Below, one piece after another: positions 17,354 to 26,784 of a DNA stretch of 64,000 nt (positions are counted from its first letter, which is position 1; each line of letters starts with the position of its first letter). The stretch lies in contig CAYXYK010000004.1 in NCBI GenBank assembly GCA_964469335.1, positions 23,230-87,229 of the forward strand, read 5' to 3'. A program made the position numbers and the translations under genes. The notes below the pieces were generated by a model. The model saw only the letters and a list, made by a program, of their open reading frames with translations. It was not told the DNA's origin and searched no databases. This DNA is from an uncultured Candidatus Saccharibacteria bacterium (GTDB taxonomy: Bacteria; Patescibacteriota; Minisyncoccia; Phycocordibacterales; UBA6899).

Positions 17354-17908
17354 ATGGAGGTTTCCAAAGACACTCTGGACGAGATCATACGGCGGGCAAA
17401 GGAGGGCGACAGTAAGGCCTTTGACATGCTCTATAGTACCTATTTTACCCCACTGTACCGCTATGTGTTCATTCGACTCAAGACTCGGGAAGATGCTGAG
17501 GATGTGGTTCAGGACACCTTTCTGAAGGCATATCAAGCGCTTCCGCGATACGAGCACACGAGGGATAGCATGCTTCCATACCTGTTCACCATTGCCCGCA
17601 ATCTTTTGATCAATCACACCAAGAAAAAACGCCCGGACACGATGGCAGGGGAGGATATCGAGCGACATGCCGGCGACGAGAAGACCTCGGCGATGGCAGA
17701 GGGGAGAGAACTTCGAGAGGAGCTGCTCACTGCGATGGAAGTCTTGTCGGATACGGAACGCGAGGTGATAGAGCTGAAATTCTTCGGAGAACAGACCTAT
17801 GCTGAGATCGCGGAAGTGCTCGATAAGCGGGAAGATGCGATCAGACAGCACGTCGCAAGGGCGATGAAGAAGATGAGGGAGGTACTCAGTGAGCGTGAGG
17901 CAGTATAG
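17354..17908 (+). CDS. RNA polymerase sigma-70 family ECF sigma factor
   Basis: Region 2 VQDTFLKAYQALPRYE. Region 4 EREVIELKFFGEQTYAEIAEVLDKREDAIRQHVARAMKKM. Confidence 0.9.
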   Translation: MEVSKDTLDEIIRRAKEGDSKAFDMLYSTYFTPLYRYVFIRLKTREDAEDVVQDTFLKAYQALPRYEHTRDSMLPYLFTIARNLLINHTKKKRPDTMAGEDIERHAGDEKTSAMAEGRELREELLTAMEVLSDTEREVIELKFFGEQTYAEIAEVLDKREDAIRQHVARAMKKMREVLSEREAV

Positions 17909-18623
17909 AATGAAGAAAGATATGAACGACAACAACGAAAACCCGATCGAACTGAATGAGGAGAACAAGATCCTCAGGCTTGTAGACGCGCATGCACGAA
18001 GCGGCGGTCTTTCTCATTCGAGCGGTGACGCTGATGCTCGCGAATATGACGAGCTTTTCACGCTGCTTACAGAGTCCCGAAACTCTCTGAAGCCCGATGC
18101 CGCACTGCTTCGAAAGACACTCTCAAAACTCCCCGCGAGCGGAACCCCGTACTCGCTCGACCGTGCTGTCGGCGCTGCGGTGCCGAGTCCCTATGCCGCC
18201 CCCGTCAATTGGTTGTATTCCCGAGTCTCCTCGTGGAAGGTAGCGACTCCGGTCATCGTACTTTTCATTGCGGTCGCGACCATCATCGGTGCATCTCCGA
18301 AAAAGGGACAGGCTCCCACCATCATGCCCATCAGCAGTGAGACTATCGCGCCACTTTCGATCGAAAGCGCTGAACCCTCGACTTTTGCCATGACGGAAGT
18401 GACGCCGGACGCTGCGTCACCACGAATGATGATGGCGAAGATGTCGCAAACCACCGTTCCTTCCACGACGCCGCAGAACGTCGGAGAGCTCATCGCCCTA
18501 CTTTCGAACGAGGCAGACGGAGATATCGACCTCGGCATTTCCGATGTCAGCGATCCGCTTTATTCCTTTGATATAGAGTCAGTAGACGCTATCGAACAAC
18601 CGTATGACACGCAAACGATCTAA
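17889..18623 (+). CDS. putative anti-sigma factor (single-pass membrane protein)
   Basis: Overlaps the 3' end of the sigma gene. Soluble N-terminus, one TM (ATPVIVLFIAVATIIGA), extracytoplasmic C-terminus. Confidence 0.5.
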   Translation: MSVRQYRMKKDMNDNNENPIELNEENKILRLVDAHARSGGLSHSSGDADAREYDELFTLLTESRNSLKPDAALLRKTLSKLPASGTPYSLDRAVGAAVPSPYAAPVNWLYSRVSSWKVATPVIVLFIAVATIIGASPKKGQAPTIMPISSETIAPLSIESAEPSTFAMTEVTPDAASPRMMMAKMSQTTVPSTTPQNVGELIALLSNEADGDIDLGISDVSDPLYSFDIESVDAIEQPYDTQTI

Positions 18624-19374
18624 CAATAAGGCCGGAAAAGTACTCCTTCTCTCATTCATCGGACTGGGGCTGTTGGTTATGCCCGAAGTCGGTTTCGCGG
18701 CAGGGAAGACTTCAGCAGCCAACCGCACGAAAGTGGATTTCTGCTCCGCTGTCGATGCGTTCGCTGAAAAACTGAGTAAAGACATGACCGAAAGTACCGC
18801 ACGTTTCGGAGCGAAGGAGACCGATCGCCAAACACAACTCGACCTGAAGATCGCGCAACAGGAAGCTGAGCGACAGAATAGCCGTTTCGCTTGGGACAAT
18901 TCACGAGACAAGGTCTATACCGACCTCTCTGCTCGTGCTTCCACTGACGCACAGAAGGCGGCAATAAAAAAGTTCAGAGCCGCGGTCGACCTCGCGGTCG
19001 AGGCACGAAGGAAGAGCGTTGACAAGGCGACCACCGACTTCAAATCCGGTGTCGACAAGGGGATCAGTTCTCGGAAGACAGCGGTCGAGAAGGCTACCCA
19101 GCTTTTCAAGGATTCGACCGACAAAGCACTCTCTGACGCGAAAGCAGACTGTACCAAAGGGGTGGCGTCGGCGGATGCCCGCGCTCGATACCTCACTGCG
19201 CTCGAAGCAGCACAACAACAGCTGAAGCAGTCACTCGCACAGATCAAGACGACTGATAACCTCCGCACGCTAGTGAGTACACGGCAAACTGCAATCGAGC
19301 AGGCGGCGAAGGATTTCAAGTCTGCGGTCACGAAGGCTGAGAATACACTCAAGCTCGCATTCCCTGACGCCTAA
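18604..19374 (+). CDS. secreted alpha-helical Ala/Lys-rich hypothetical protein
   Basis: Signal peptide (KVLLLSFIGLGLLVMPEVGFA), then repetitive helical K/A/D-rich sequence. Third gene of the sigma operon. Confidence 0.6.
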   Translation: MTRKRSNNKAGKVLLLSFIGLGLLVMPEVGFAAGKTSAANRTKVDFCSAVDAFAEKLSKDMTESTARFGAKETDRQTQLDLKIAQQEAERQNSRFAWDNSRDKVYTDLSARASTDAQKAAIKKFRAAVDLAVEARRKSVDKATTDFKSGVDKGISSRKTAVEKATQLFKDSTDKALSDAKADCTKGVASADARARYLTALEAAQQQLKQSLAQIKTTDNLRTLVSTRQTAIEQAAKDFKSAVTKAENTLKLAFPDA

Positions 19375-19423
19375 AAACCTCCGCAAGCGGCGAGCTTTGT
19401 CGTCGTAAGGTGAAACACTTATA

Positions 19424-19481
19424 CCCATGCGGCTCGGTCAACGTACAATAAGTACGTCTTCCTCGCCGCATTTCCCACTCC
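19424..19481 (+). repeat. novel intergenic repeat element, partial copy E5 (lacks hairpin 1)
   Basis: CCCATGCGGC TCGG TCAACGTACaataaGTACGTCTTCC TCGCCGCATTTCCCACTCC. Confidence 0.55.
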
Positions 19482-19560
19482 TAAAATCTCACTCACTTGT
19501 AGAGGTTTTTAATAGAAAGAAATTTTTGTAATAAAAGAGTTATTGTCGTATGCTCAGTAA

Positions 19561-20187
19561 ATGAACAAGACACGCATCGAGATGCTTTCTGACGGGGTGT
19601 TTGCCATCGCGATGACCCTTCTGGTGATCGAGATCCATGTGCCCGTCGTTCCGGACGGAGCGTATTCGATGGTGAGTCTCTGGAGGGGACTTGCACACAT
19701 CTTTCCATCGGTTGCGAGTTATGTGGTCTCTTTCACCGTACTTGCGATGTATTGGACCAGCCATCATGCCCTATTCCACTTTTTCACGAAGACGGTGAAC
19801 CGTACCTTGCTGCAACTCAACATGCTTTACCTGATGCTGCTCGCGCTGATTCCGTTCTCGACAGCGCTGCTTGCTACCTATCATACGAATCTGCTTGCAG
19901 TCTGGGTGTATGGGATGAACATCATCGCGATGGGAGCCGCACAATACGGCCTCTTTATCTATGCGCTTCGTTCAAAAGAGGTTGATCTACATGAGATACC
20001 GTCACGGACGATCACTCAAGCGAAGATCCGCGCCTTGCTCACTCCCTCGTTCGCTTTGCTCGCAATGATCGTCGCGGTCGTTTCGGCGCCGCTTGCATTC
20101 GTTTTGTTCATGTTCCCGGTGGTGTTCAATCTTGTCCCCGGTACGCTTGATGCGACCGAGCGGTTTTTTGGTATCACCATACGCTGA
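19561..20187 (+). CDS. DUF1211/TMEM175 family potassium channel-like membrane protein
   Basis: RIEMLSDGVFAIAMTLLVIEI is the family signature. Six TM helices. Confidence 0.8.
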   Translation: MNKTRIEMLSDGVFAIAMTLLVIEIHVPVVPDGAYSMVSLWRGLAHIFPSVASYVVSFTVLAMYWTSHHALFHFFTKTVNRTLLQLNMLYLMLLALIPFSTALLATYHTNLLAVWVYGMNIIAMGAAQYGLFIYALRSKEVDLHEIPSRTITQAKIRALLTPSFALLAMIVAVVSAPLAFVLFMFPVVFNLVPGTLDATERFFGITIR

Positions 20188-20223
20188 GCACTTTTTCATC
20201 CACAGAAGCGTATATGGCCTGCG

Positions 20224-20232
20224 TGGTATAAT
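20224..20232 (+). promoter_or_regulatory. candidate extended -10 promoter element (TGgTATAAT) upstream of the malic enzyme gene
   Basis: tggtataat located 29 nt upstream of ATG at 20261. Confidence 0.3.
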
Positions 20233-20260
20233 GTCGTACTGACAAGATAACACCATATCC

Positions 20261-21430
20261 ATGAACTACGACAAGCGTTCCATAGCCGCCCACAAGAAAC
20301 ATCAAGGGAAGATCGAGGTGAACTCACTGTTCCCCCTGAAGAACAAAGATGATCTCTCCATCGCATATACCCCCGGTGTTGCCGCCGTGTGCACGCTCAT
20401 TGCTGCGGACAGGAAAGCTGCACGTACTCATACGCTCAAGGGTCGCACCGTCGCGGTCATCTCCGACGGTTCCGCAGTACTCGGGCTCGGGAATCTCGGC
20501 GCCGAAGCGGCGCTTCCCGTGATGGAAGGGAAGTGCGCATTGTTCAAGCAGTTCGCGGGTGTCGACGCATTCCCTCTGGTGCTCGGAACCCAAGATACCG
20601 AGGAGATCATCGCTGCGGTGAAGGCGGTCGCGCCGACTTTCGGAGGGATCAACCTCGAAGACATTGCTGCCCCGCGCTGCTTCGAGATCGAAGAGAGACT
20701 CCGCGCTGAACTCAGCATTCCGGTCTTTCATGATGACCAACATGGCACTGCAGTCGTGGTGCTTGCCGCGTTCCTCAATGCGCTGCGTGTCACGAAGCGC
20801 GAACTTCGCCAGACCAAGGTCGTGATCAACGGTGCTGGCGCAGCAGCCGTCGCCGTCTACCGTATGCTCATTCTCGCGGGAGTGGAGCGGGGCAATGTCA
20901 TTATGCTCGATTCGAAAGGCATCCTTCATCCTGATCGTGGTGGTATCCGCGGATACAAGCGAGCGATCGCCGAAGAAACGAACCGAAAATCGAAGAGCGG
21001 AGGACTCGCCGAAGCGATCCCTGGCGCAGACGTGTTCATTGGAACCTCAGTCGCTGACGTGCTTACCCCGGAACTCGTGCAGCTCATGGCGGACTCCCCG
21101 ATCGTATTCGCGCTCGCGAATCCGAATCCCGAGATCGCATACGAAGTCGCCAAGAAGACCAAGATCGCGGTCCTCGGTACTGGACGTTCCGACTTCCCGA
21201 ATCAGATCAATAATGTGCTTGCTTTCCCAGGTATTTTCAAGGGCGCACTCTCGTCAGGGGCGACTGTCATCAGCGAGGAGATGAAACTTGCCGCTGCGGT
21301 TGCGATCGCAAAACTGGTGTCGAAAAAAGAATTGAGTTCGACATATATCATTCCGAAGCCGTTCGACAAAAGAGTCGCAAAGGCGGTAGCTCTTGCCGTA
21401 GCGCGTGCATGGAAAGTACGTAAGGCGTAA
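20261..21430 (+). CDS. NAD(P)-dependent malic enzyme (short form)
   Basis: LSIAYTPGVAAVC...VAVISDGSAVLGLGNLG..AALPVMEGKCALFK; NAD-binding GAGAAAVAV; FALANPNPEI. Confidence 0.9.
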   Translation: MNYDKRSIAAHKKHQGKIEVNSLFPLKNKDDLSIAYTPGVAAVCTLIAADRKAARTHTLKGRTVAVISDGSAVLGLGNLGAEAALPVMEGKCALFKQFAGVDAFPLVLGTQDTEEIIAAVKAVAPTFGGINLEDIAAPRCFEIEERLRAELSIPVFHDDQHGTAVVVLAAFLNALRVTKRELRQTKVVINGAGAAAVAVYRMLILAGVERGNVIMLDSKGILHPDRGGIRGYKRAIAEETNRKSKSGGLAEAIPGADVFIGTSVADVLTPELVQLMADSPIVFALANPNPEIAYEVAKKTKIAVLGTGRSDFPNQINNVLAFPGIFKGALSSGATVISEEMKLAAAVAIAKLVSKKELSSTYIIPKPFDKRVAKAVALAVARAWKVRKA

Positions 21431-21438
21431 CACCGAAA

Positions 21439-21606
21439 ATGCAGAAAGAAGACTGGCAGCGTATCGCGAAATGGATCGGATGGGTATATCTGCCGATCGT
21501 GATCTTGGCTGTGCTGGTCTTTCTGCTCGTCGAGTGGAATGCATACCGACTGAGTCATCGTGACGGGGTCCCTCTGCAATCAGCAGTCGCGAGTACGACA
21601 GAATGA
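21439..21606 (+). CDS. possible small membrane protein (55 aa)
   Basis: MQKEDWQRIAKWIGWVYLPIVILAVLVFLLVEW.. contains a single TM. Short ORF, so speculative. Confidence 0.3.
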   Translation: MQKEDWQRIAKWIGWVYLPIVILAVLVFLLVEWNAYRLSHRDGVPLQSAVASTTE

Positions 21607-21616
21607 ACTTGTCGGG

Positions 21617-22588
21617 TTAGCTGAGAGAGAGGTTGTTGAGCGTGAGATGTTTTCGGGAGCGAACGAAGAAATATCCGACGACGACGAACGTGATAACTGG
21701 TGAGACATAGCTCGGAATATGGAGACCGAATACGTCGCAGAGCATGACGATGCCAAGGAAGAAGATCGAGTACATCGCGCCATGTTTGAGGAAGACGTAG
21801 CGTTTAATGCGCTCAATATTTGAAATGGTGACCCAGCGGACGATGTACGCGCCGATCCCGTTACCGATCAGGATGAGCGGCACCGAGAGAGTGAATGCGA
21901 ATGCGCCGAGCACTCCGTCGATAGAGAATGCGGTGTCGATCATCTGCAGATAGACGATCTTCGACATATCTGAGCGATGCTCTTTGCGCAGGGAAAGTTC
22001 CGCTTGCTCCGCGTTGGTCTTGAAACCGTGGACGATGAAGAACACCGTCGAGCCGATGACCGCTCCGAACGCCAAAATCGGGTCTATCTTGAGTGCGAAC
22101 CATACCACCACCGCAAGGATGACCGATACTGCCGCGAAGAACCAGATGCCGTTCTCGAGGAAGAACTTCTCCGCTCGAAGCCCGAGGTGCTTCTGCTCGA
22201 GGAAGAGCCAGTGGAGAAAGAGGAAGATCAGGAAGATACTCGCACCGAGAAGAAGGATGGGGGAGGATTTCTCTATCGCCTCGATGACATGTGGCTCACC
22301 GGAGAAGGTCGCGGTAAATGCTTCGATGATGCCCAGATTTGGAATGGCAACCCAGACGATGAGGAGGGGAAGCAACCCCCTAACAAGGAAGACGGCATAG
22401 AACATACCCCAAGTGAGGAACCATCGGCGTGCTTTCGGTCCGACAGTGCCTAACACTTCGGCGTTGATGACGGCGTTATCGATAGAGTTGATCGTCTCAA
22501 ACAAGGTGAGACCCACCACCACCAAGATCATTGTTGCGATATCCATGTTCACTATTATAGCTATTTTCAAGCGATTCGAAACTTGCAT
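21617..22588 (-). CDS. TerC/DUF475 family integral membrane protein
   Basis: LFETINSIDNAVINAEVL (TerC-clan xE..SxDNA motif). Multiple TM helices. Start may be the internal MDIATM. Confidence 0.7.
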   Translation of the reverse strand: MQVSNRLKIAIIVNMDIATMILVVVGLTLFETINSIDNAVINAEVLGTVGPKARRWFLTWGMFYAVFLVRGLLPLLIVWVAIPNLGIIEAFTATFSGEPHVIEAIEKSSPILLLGASIFLIFLFLHWLFLEQKHLGLRAEKFFLENGIWFFAAVSVILAVVVWFALKIDPILAFGAVIGSTVFFIVHGFKTNAEQAELSLRKEHRSDMSKIVYLQMIDTAFSIDGVLGAFAFTLSVPLILIGNGIGAYIVRWVTISNIERIKRYVFLKHGAMYSIFFLGIVMLCDVFGLHIPSYVSPVITFVVVGYFFVRSRKHLTLNNLSLS

Positions 22589-22782
22589 GACCCTGATATC
22601 AAGCGTCTGATGTGACGCTCAAGCGGTATTTGATAAAACAAAAGCCCCCAAGTCACTAGGCCTTTCACTGTAAGTATTCGCAAAAGTCCAAGTGCTCGTG
22701 GGCTCGCCTCACGTTGCTACGCAACATGTTCCGGCCGGCTTTTGTTTGACGCGAACAAAGTAGTTTGTTCGCTCGCGAAACG

Positions 22783-22812
22783 CGCAAAACAAAAGCCCCA
22801 CCGAGGTGGGGC
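22783..22812 (-). terminator. rho-independent terminator (minus strand) after gene 22851..24128
   Basis: Reverse complement GCCCCACC-tcg-GGTGGGGC followed by TTTTGTTTTG. Confidence 0.75.
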
Positions 22813-22850
22813 TGTGCGGAATGAACCGCAAAAAGAACTAGGTCAATGAG

Positions 22851-24128
22851 TCACTTCTTGGCGCCGGCGGCGGCACCGGTCTGGAGCGTGCCGGTCGCAC
22901 GAACGGTGTCGGGCACGACACGCGACTTGAGGTAGGAGCCTTGCGGCCCACGGCACATCTTGACCTTGGCGCCGGATGCATCGGTGAATTCCTCCACCTT
23001 GCAGGCGACGCGCTCTTGCTCGATGCGCTGGGTCGGTGCTTCCATCTTCCAAGTCATGCCGGCGATGGTGCTCAGGATGCCGCTGACTTCGTCTCGGGTG
23101 GGACCCTTCGGAACTTCGACCAACTTGTACGCGCCCGGGAGCTCGCACGGGATGATCTGGACCTTGGTGACGATGCGGGACATCGCGGAGGACGCGCCGC
23201 CGCCGGCGTTGCCGCCGCCGTTGGTGCCTGCGACGCCGAGGGACATCGAGCTTGCTGCCGAAACGGTCGGAAGTGCCGTCGTGATGATGGACTGCGAACC
23301 GAACCGGCGGATCACCTTTTCACCTGCTTCGGTGAAGGTGCGCTCGATGTACATCAGCTGCTCCTTGGTCGTTTCGTCGAAGACTGGAGCGATCTCCATG
23401 TCCTCGCCGAGGTCGATCTTGGTATTGGTGAAAAAGCCGATGTGGGTACCGAGCACTCCCTTCCTGGTGACCGTCATGAGCGGGCCGCACGCGGTGCGCT
23501 CGGTCACGATCTGACTGGTGGTCACCACCGATGCGGGTGTCGGCATGAAGAGCGGCAACACCGAGACCTGCTTGTAGTTCGTGGTCGTTGTGGTGTTGGT
23601 CGTCGTCGAATTGCCGGCCCCGTTACCCGTCGCGTTTCCGCCTGCTGCATTGCCGCCAGCGGCGTTGCCTCCGGCCGCGTTTCCGCCTGCTGCATTGCCT
23701 CCGGCACCGCCGTTGGCGGTCGTTGCGTTGTTCAGGGTGGAAGTGAGTGCTTGACGCTGGTCCTGCGAGAGGCTCGCGATCAGCTTCTGTTGCTGTTCGG
23801 TCGAGAGCTTGTTCCAGTTGTCCGAGATGGCCTTGGCATCACCGCCGGTGGCGTTGCCGCCGTTTGCGAGTGCTGCTGCGATCGCCGCCGCGGCCGCCTT
23901 GGCTTCCGCTTCGGCTTTTGCTGCCGCGTCGGCGTCCGAGGAGGGGTTCGCATTGACCGTGTCGGTGACGGTGATCGGTTGACCACCGGGAGTCGGCGAC
24001 GGGCAGACGTACTTGCCGGCCTCGTTCAGGAGCGAGATGCTCCCGTCGGGGCATTTGGGCCACGCGTGCGCGCTGGCAGCGAAGCCGAGGCTGAGGATGG
24101 CGAAGGAAATGGCATTGAGCTTCTTCAT
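22851..24128 (-). CDS. secreted hypothetical protein with Ala-rich region and (AGGNA)n repeat
   Basis: Signal peptide MKKLNAISFAILSLGFAASAHA. GGNAAGGNAAGGNAAGGNAAGGNA tract. Lies in a GC-rich segment. Confidence 0.7.
   Translation of the reverse strand: MKKLNAISFAILSLGFAASAHAWPKCPDGSISLLNEAGKYVCPSPTPGGQPITVTDTVNANPSSDADAAAKAEAEAKAAAAAIAAALANGGNATGGDAKAISDNWNKLSTEQQQKLIASLSQDQRQALTSTLNNATTANGGAGGNAAGGNAAGGNAAGGNAAGGNATGNGAGNSTTTNTTTTTNYKQVSVLPLFMPTPASVVTTSQIVTERTACGPLMTVTRKGVLGTHIGFFTNTKIDLGEDMEIAPVFDETTKEQLMYIERTFTEAGEKVIRRFGSQSIITTALPTVSAASSMSLGVAGTNGGGNAGGGASSAMSRIVTKVQIIPCELPGAYKLVEVPKGPTRDEVSGILSTIAGMTWKMEAPTQRIEQERVACKVEEFTDASGAKVKMCRGPQGSYLKSRVVPDTVRATGTLQTGAAAGAKK
23631..23706 (-). 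repeat. 15-nt in-frame tandem repeat (about 5 units) encoding GGNAA repeats
   Basis: gcgtttccgcctgctgcattgccgccagcggcgttgcctccggccgcgtttccgcctgctgcattgcc. Confidence 0.6.
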
Positions 24129-24141
24129 GTTGTGGTACTCC

Positions 24142-25182
24142 TTACTTGAGGGTTGTTGATGCGAGAAGGTTGCTGTTGTTGTCGGGAACGGCCCCTTGCA
24201 AGAGGAACCGGTTGATGAAGCCCGAGACTTCGGCGTAGGCCGAACGTTCTCGGTCGGTCGTCGGCGGGGGGATCCCGCCTTGGTACTTCGCTTTCCAGAT
24301 CAGGATCGCGAGAGGTGTGACGTCGTGCTCTCCTCCGACGATGTGTTCCAGTTCCCGTTTGATGGGGAGGATGGTGTCGATGTCGGGTGTTGCGGACCGT
24401 ACGGACCAGTTGCCGCCCTCGGCGTGATACACGAAGCTGTAGACGAGACCGTGAGCGCGCACAGTATACTCGCGTGCACGTACCTCGCGTTTGTCTCGCC
24501 ACTTCGCCGTGACCGATTGCCACAGGGCATTGTCCTCGAATTGCATCAGCGCGAACTCTTCGCCCGCGACCACTGAGATGTGCTCGTATTCGTCGTGTAC
24601 GACCTTGTCCGAGAGCTGGCTCGCGACGTCGGTCGGAAGATCGCTCTTCACGAGGAATGTTTCCAGCGTGCAGTTCGTGCACGGCCGGTCGAGATCAGGG
24701 GTCGTTTCGAGAGAAGTCGTCTGCACCACTACTTGGGTGCGGATGATGCGCCTCTTCTTGGCTGGCTTGGTCGGGATCGGCGGCAGTGCCTTTGTGGCGC
24801 TGCTCTCTTGTACCGTGACCGGTCGCTTCGCCGAGTCGGCGATGTCCTTCTGGACGATCGCGATCGCTTCTGCGAGGGTTGCCTTGCCTTTTTCTGCTGC
24901 GACAACCTTTGGAGCAGTAGCGAGCGTTTCCGTGACGTTCACTCGCACATCCGCTTGGGGCGGAGGGAGGGGGACGTTGTAGGTCTCGCCGATGTACATC
25001 CAATAGAGCGGAGCCTTGATCTTCCTCTTGTTGGCGTTGATGATCTGGGCGGGGGTCGTGCCGGTCGCTTTCGCAACCCGCTCGACACTGTCGCCGCGTA
25101 TCGCGGTGTGCGTTTCTGCGTGTGCAGCCATGCCGAAAAGGCAGAGCGCAAGCGCAAGAAGAGCACGGATGATGATGGTCAT
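24142..25182 (-). CDS. LysM domain-containing secreted protein
   Basis: Signal peptide, then LysM (TAIRGDSVERVAKATGTTPAQIINANK). Unknown C-terminal domain. Co-oriented with the GGNAA protein. Confidence 0.7.
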   Translation of the reverse strand: MTIIIRALLALALCLFGMAAHAETHTAIRGDSVERVAKATGTTPAQIINANKRKIKAPLYWMYIGETYNVPLPPPQADVRVNVTETLATAPKVVAAEKGKATLAEAIAIVQKDIADSAKRPVTVQESSATKALPPIPTKPAKKRRIIRTQVVVQTTSLETTPDLDRPCTNCTLETFLVKSDLPTDVASQLSDKVVHDEYEHISVVAGEEFALMQFEDNALWQSVTAKWRDKREVRAREYTVRAHGLVYSFVYHAEGGNWSVRSATPDIDTILPIKRELEHIVGGEHDVTPLAILIWKAKYQGGIPPPTTDRERSAYAEVSGFINRFLLQGAVPDNNSNLLASTTLK

Positions 25183-25323
25183 CGCTCGATTCTCCTTTGT
25201 GACTCAAATGACAAGGTGCAAAACATAAAAGCATAAGGCTGTGAGCCCCATGCTTCGTGTGATTTCAATCTATATAGAATCTACTCTATTTTACCGATAC
25301 TGTCAAATTAAACACGTGAAGAA

Positions 25324-26220
25324 TCATTCATTTAAGCCATTTTGGCTGGATGTAGAGGTTTCTATGGGGGTTGCCTCCACGATATTGGTCGTGGCTTCCT
25401 CCATCGCCTTCACCACCCGCTGTGAGAGCAGGTCAGTGAGATCAGGAAGTGGGATGGGGATGTGAATGGTCCCACGAGCATATGGGGCGACCTGATACGG
25501 TGAGAATACCACCAAAAGCCCTTGCTTTGTGAGGCCAACTGTCGAGAAATTCTCGGTTGTCGGCTCCGTCCCAGGGAGTGCTTGCGAGTCGTAGAGTTCC
25601 TGCGGCTGGTCGGAAAGGACAGCTCTCAGTTTCTCTCTGGTGTATGAAGAAAGGAACGACAATGCGAGCGTCGACGAAGCGAACAAGTCCCGAGTCTGCA
25701 GCAAAAGGTGCTTCTCCATGTCGTAGTTGAGGATCCTTGTCTGGCTGTTCGGGTGGGCGGCGCCTGCAGTGTATGATGATTCGTCAAAGCGGATAGAGAT
25801 GATGGTCGGGGAGAGGAGAAGTGCACTCCAGCGTACAGAGAGGTCACTCACGAACTCCTTGGGGACATTCGGTGAATACATCTCATCGATATCGCGCACG
25901 AACGATTCGATCGTGTCACTTGCGAACGAGCGGATGACCGCGTTCGCATCTTTTGCGAACTCTGGATGTTGCGCAAGGGCGACGACAGGGAAGTGCACCT
26001 CCACGTCATAGCGCTTCGCTTGATCACTCATGACGACCTTGCTGTCGGTGAGCGAAGGAACTTCGACGGGAACGGTCTGTGCTGTCGCACTCTCATCCTC
26101 GCGCGAACTGGCGACCGGACGAATGTCGTTCGCACGCATTTTGACCCAGACCAGCGCACCGAGCAAAGCGCAGACGATGATGACAATGAAGAGGAGGAAA
26201 TATTTGTTCTCTTTTTCCAT
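25324..26220 (-). CDS. DUF3298/DUF4163 (RsiV/PdaC C-terminal-like) domain membrane-anchored protein
   Basis: N-terminal TM. YTAGAAHPNSQTRILNYDMEKHLLLQTRDLF matches the DUF3298 G.AHP pattern. Confidence 0.55.
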   Translation of the reverse strand: MEKENKYFLLFIVIIVCALLGALVWVKMRANDIRPVASSREDESATAQTVPVEVPSLTDSKVVMSDQAKRYDVEVHFPVVALAQHPEFAKDANAVIRSFASDTIESFVRDIDEMYSPNVPKEFVSDLSVRWSALLLSPTIISIRFDESSYTAGAAHPNSQTRILNYDMEKHLLLQTRDLFASSTLALSFLSSYTREKLRAVLSDQPQELYDSQALPGTEPTTENFSTVGLTKQGLLVVFSPYQVAPYARGTIHIPIPLPDLTDLLSQRVVKAMEEATTNIVEATPIETSTSSQNGLNE

Positions 26221-26303
26221 TCACTTCATAGTAGCACTCATTGCGAATTGCGCATGTGTACAGTCGGTCCTTTTGTAGAGCCGTCTTTTGTCTAGGTGAG
26301 CGA

Positions 26304-26693
26304 TCACTTCTTCGCAGTCTTGTCGAAATGCTCACGTGAACGAACGACCTCGGGGAAGTGATTCTCTGCCCAGAGTGAGAGTGTGCCCAAGACACCGATC
26401 AGCGAGCGACCGAGCGGGGAAAGCGCGTATTCGACATGGGGAGGCACGACAGGGAAGACGGTGCGGGTGATGATACCGCTCCGTTCGAGCTTGCGCAGTC
26501 CCTGTGTGAGGACCTTCTGTGAGATGTCACCGAGCGCGCGGGCGAGCTCGTTGTGCCGCATGGTCTTCTTGTCGAGGGTGTGAATGATGAGTACCGTCCA
26601 TTTGTCGGCGATCAACTCAAGAACGCCGCGTGACGGACAGGTCGTGCGCGAGATGTCCCCTTTTTTCTTGCTTGGGTGCTTTATAGGTTCCAT
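26304..26693 (-). CDS. HxlR family winged-helix transcriptional regulator
   Basis: CP.R..LELIADKWTVLIIHTL.....HNEL......IS.KVLTQGLRKLERSGII.R is the HxlR-type HTH. Confidence 0.85.
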   Translation of the reverse strand: MEPIKHPSKKKGDISRTTCPSRGVLELIADKWTVLIIHTLDKKTMRHNELARALGDISQKVLTQGLRKLERSGIITRTVFPVVPPHVEYALSPLGRSLIGVLGTLSLWAENHFPEVVRSREHFDKTAKK

Positions 26694-26784
26694 TTGGGAA
26701 GTATAGCACAAAATGGTATATACTTGCAAGTTGGAACACATGAAAGGTATACTGGGCCACTAGCAACCATAACTTTCACTCCTT

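Noticed and set aside
22589-22850. Cluster of hairpins between the DUF475 gene and the secreted-protein gene (CCGGCCGG-tttt, GCGAACAAA-gtag-TTTGTTCGC) considered as a possible ncRNA or tRNA
   Set aside because: No tRNA cloverleaf or T-loop. The region lies between a gene start and a gene end on the minus strand, so it is most simply a promoter plus terminator region.
22941-24149. 402-aa plus-strand ORF overlapping the GGNAA-repeat gene
   Set aside because: Antisense to a minus-strand gene that has a signal peptide, an in-frame repeat and a terminator. The product is Arg/Gly/Asp-rich low-complexity, typical of a spurious GC-rich frame.
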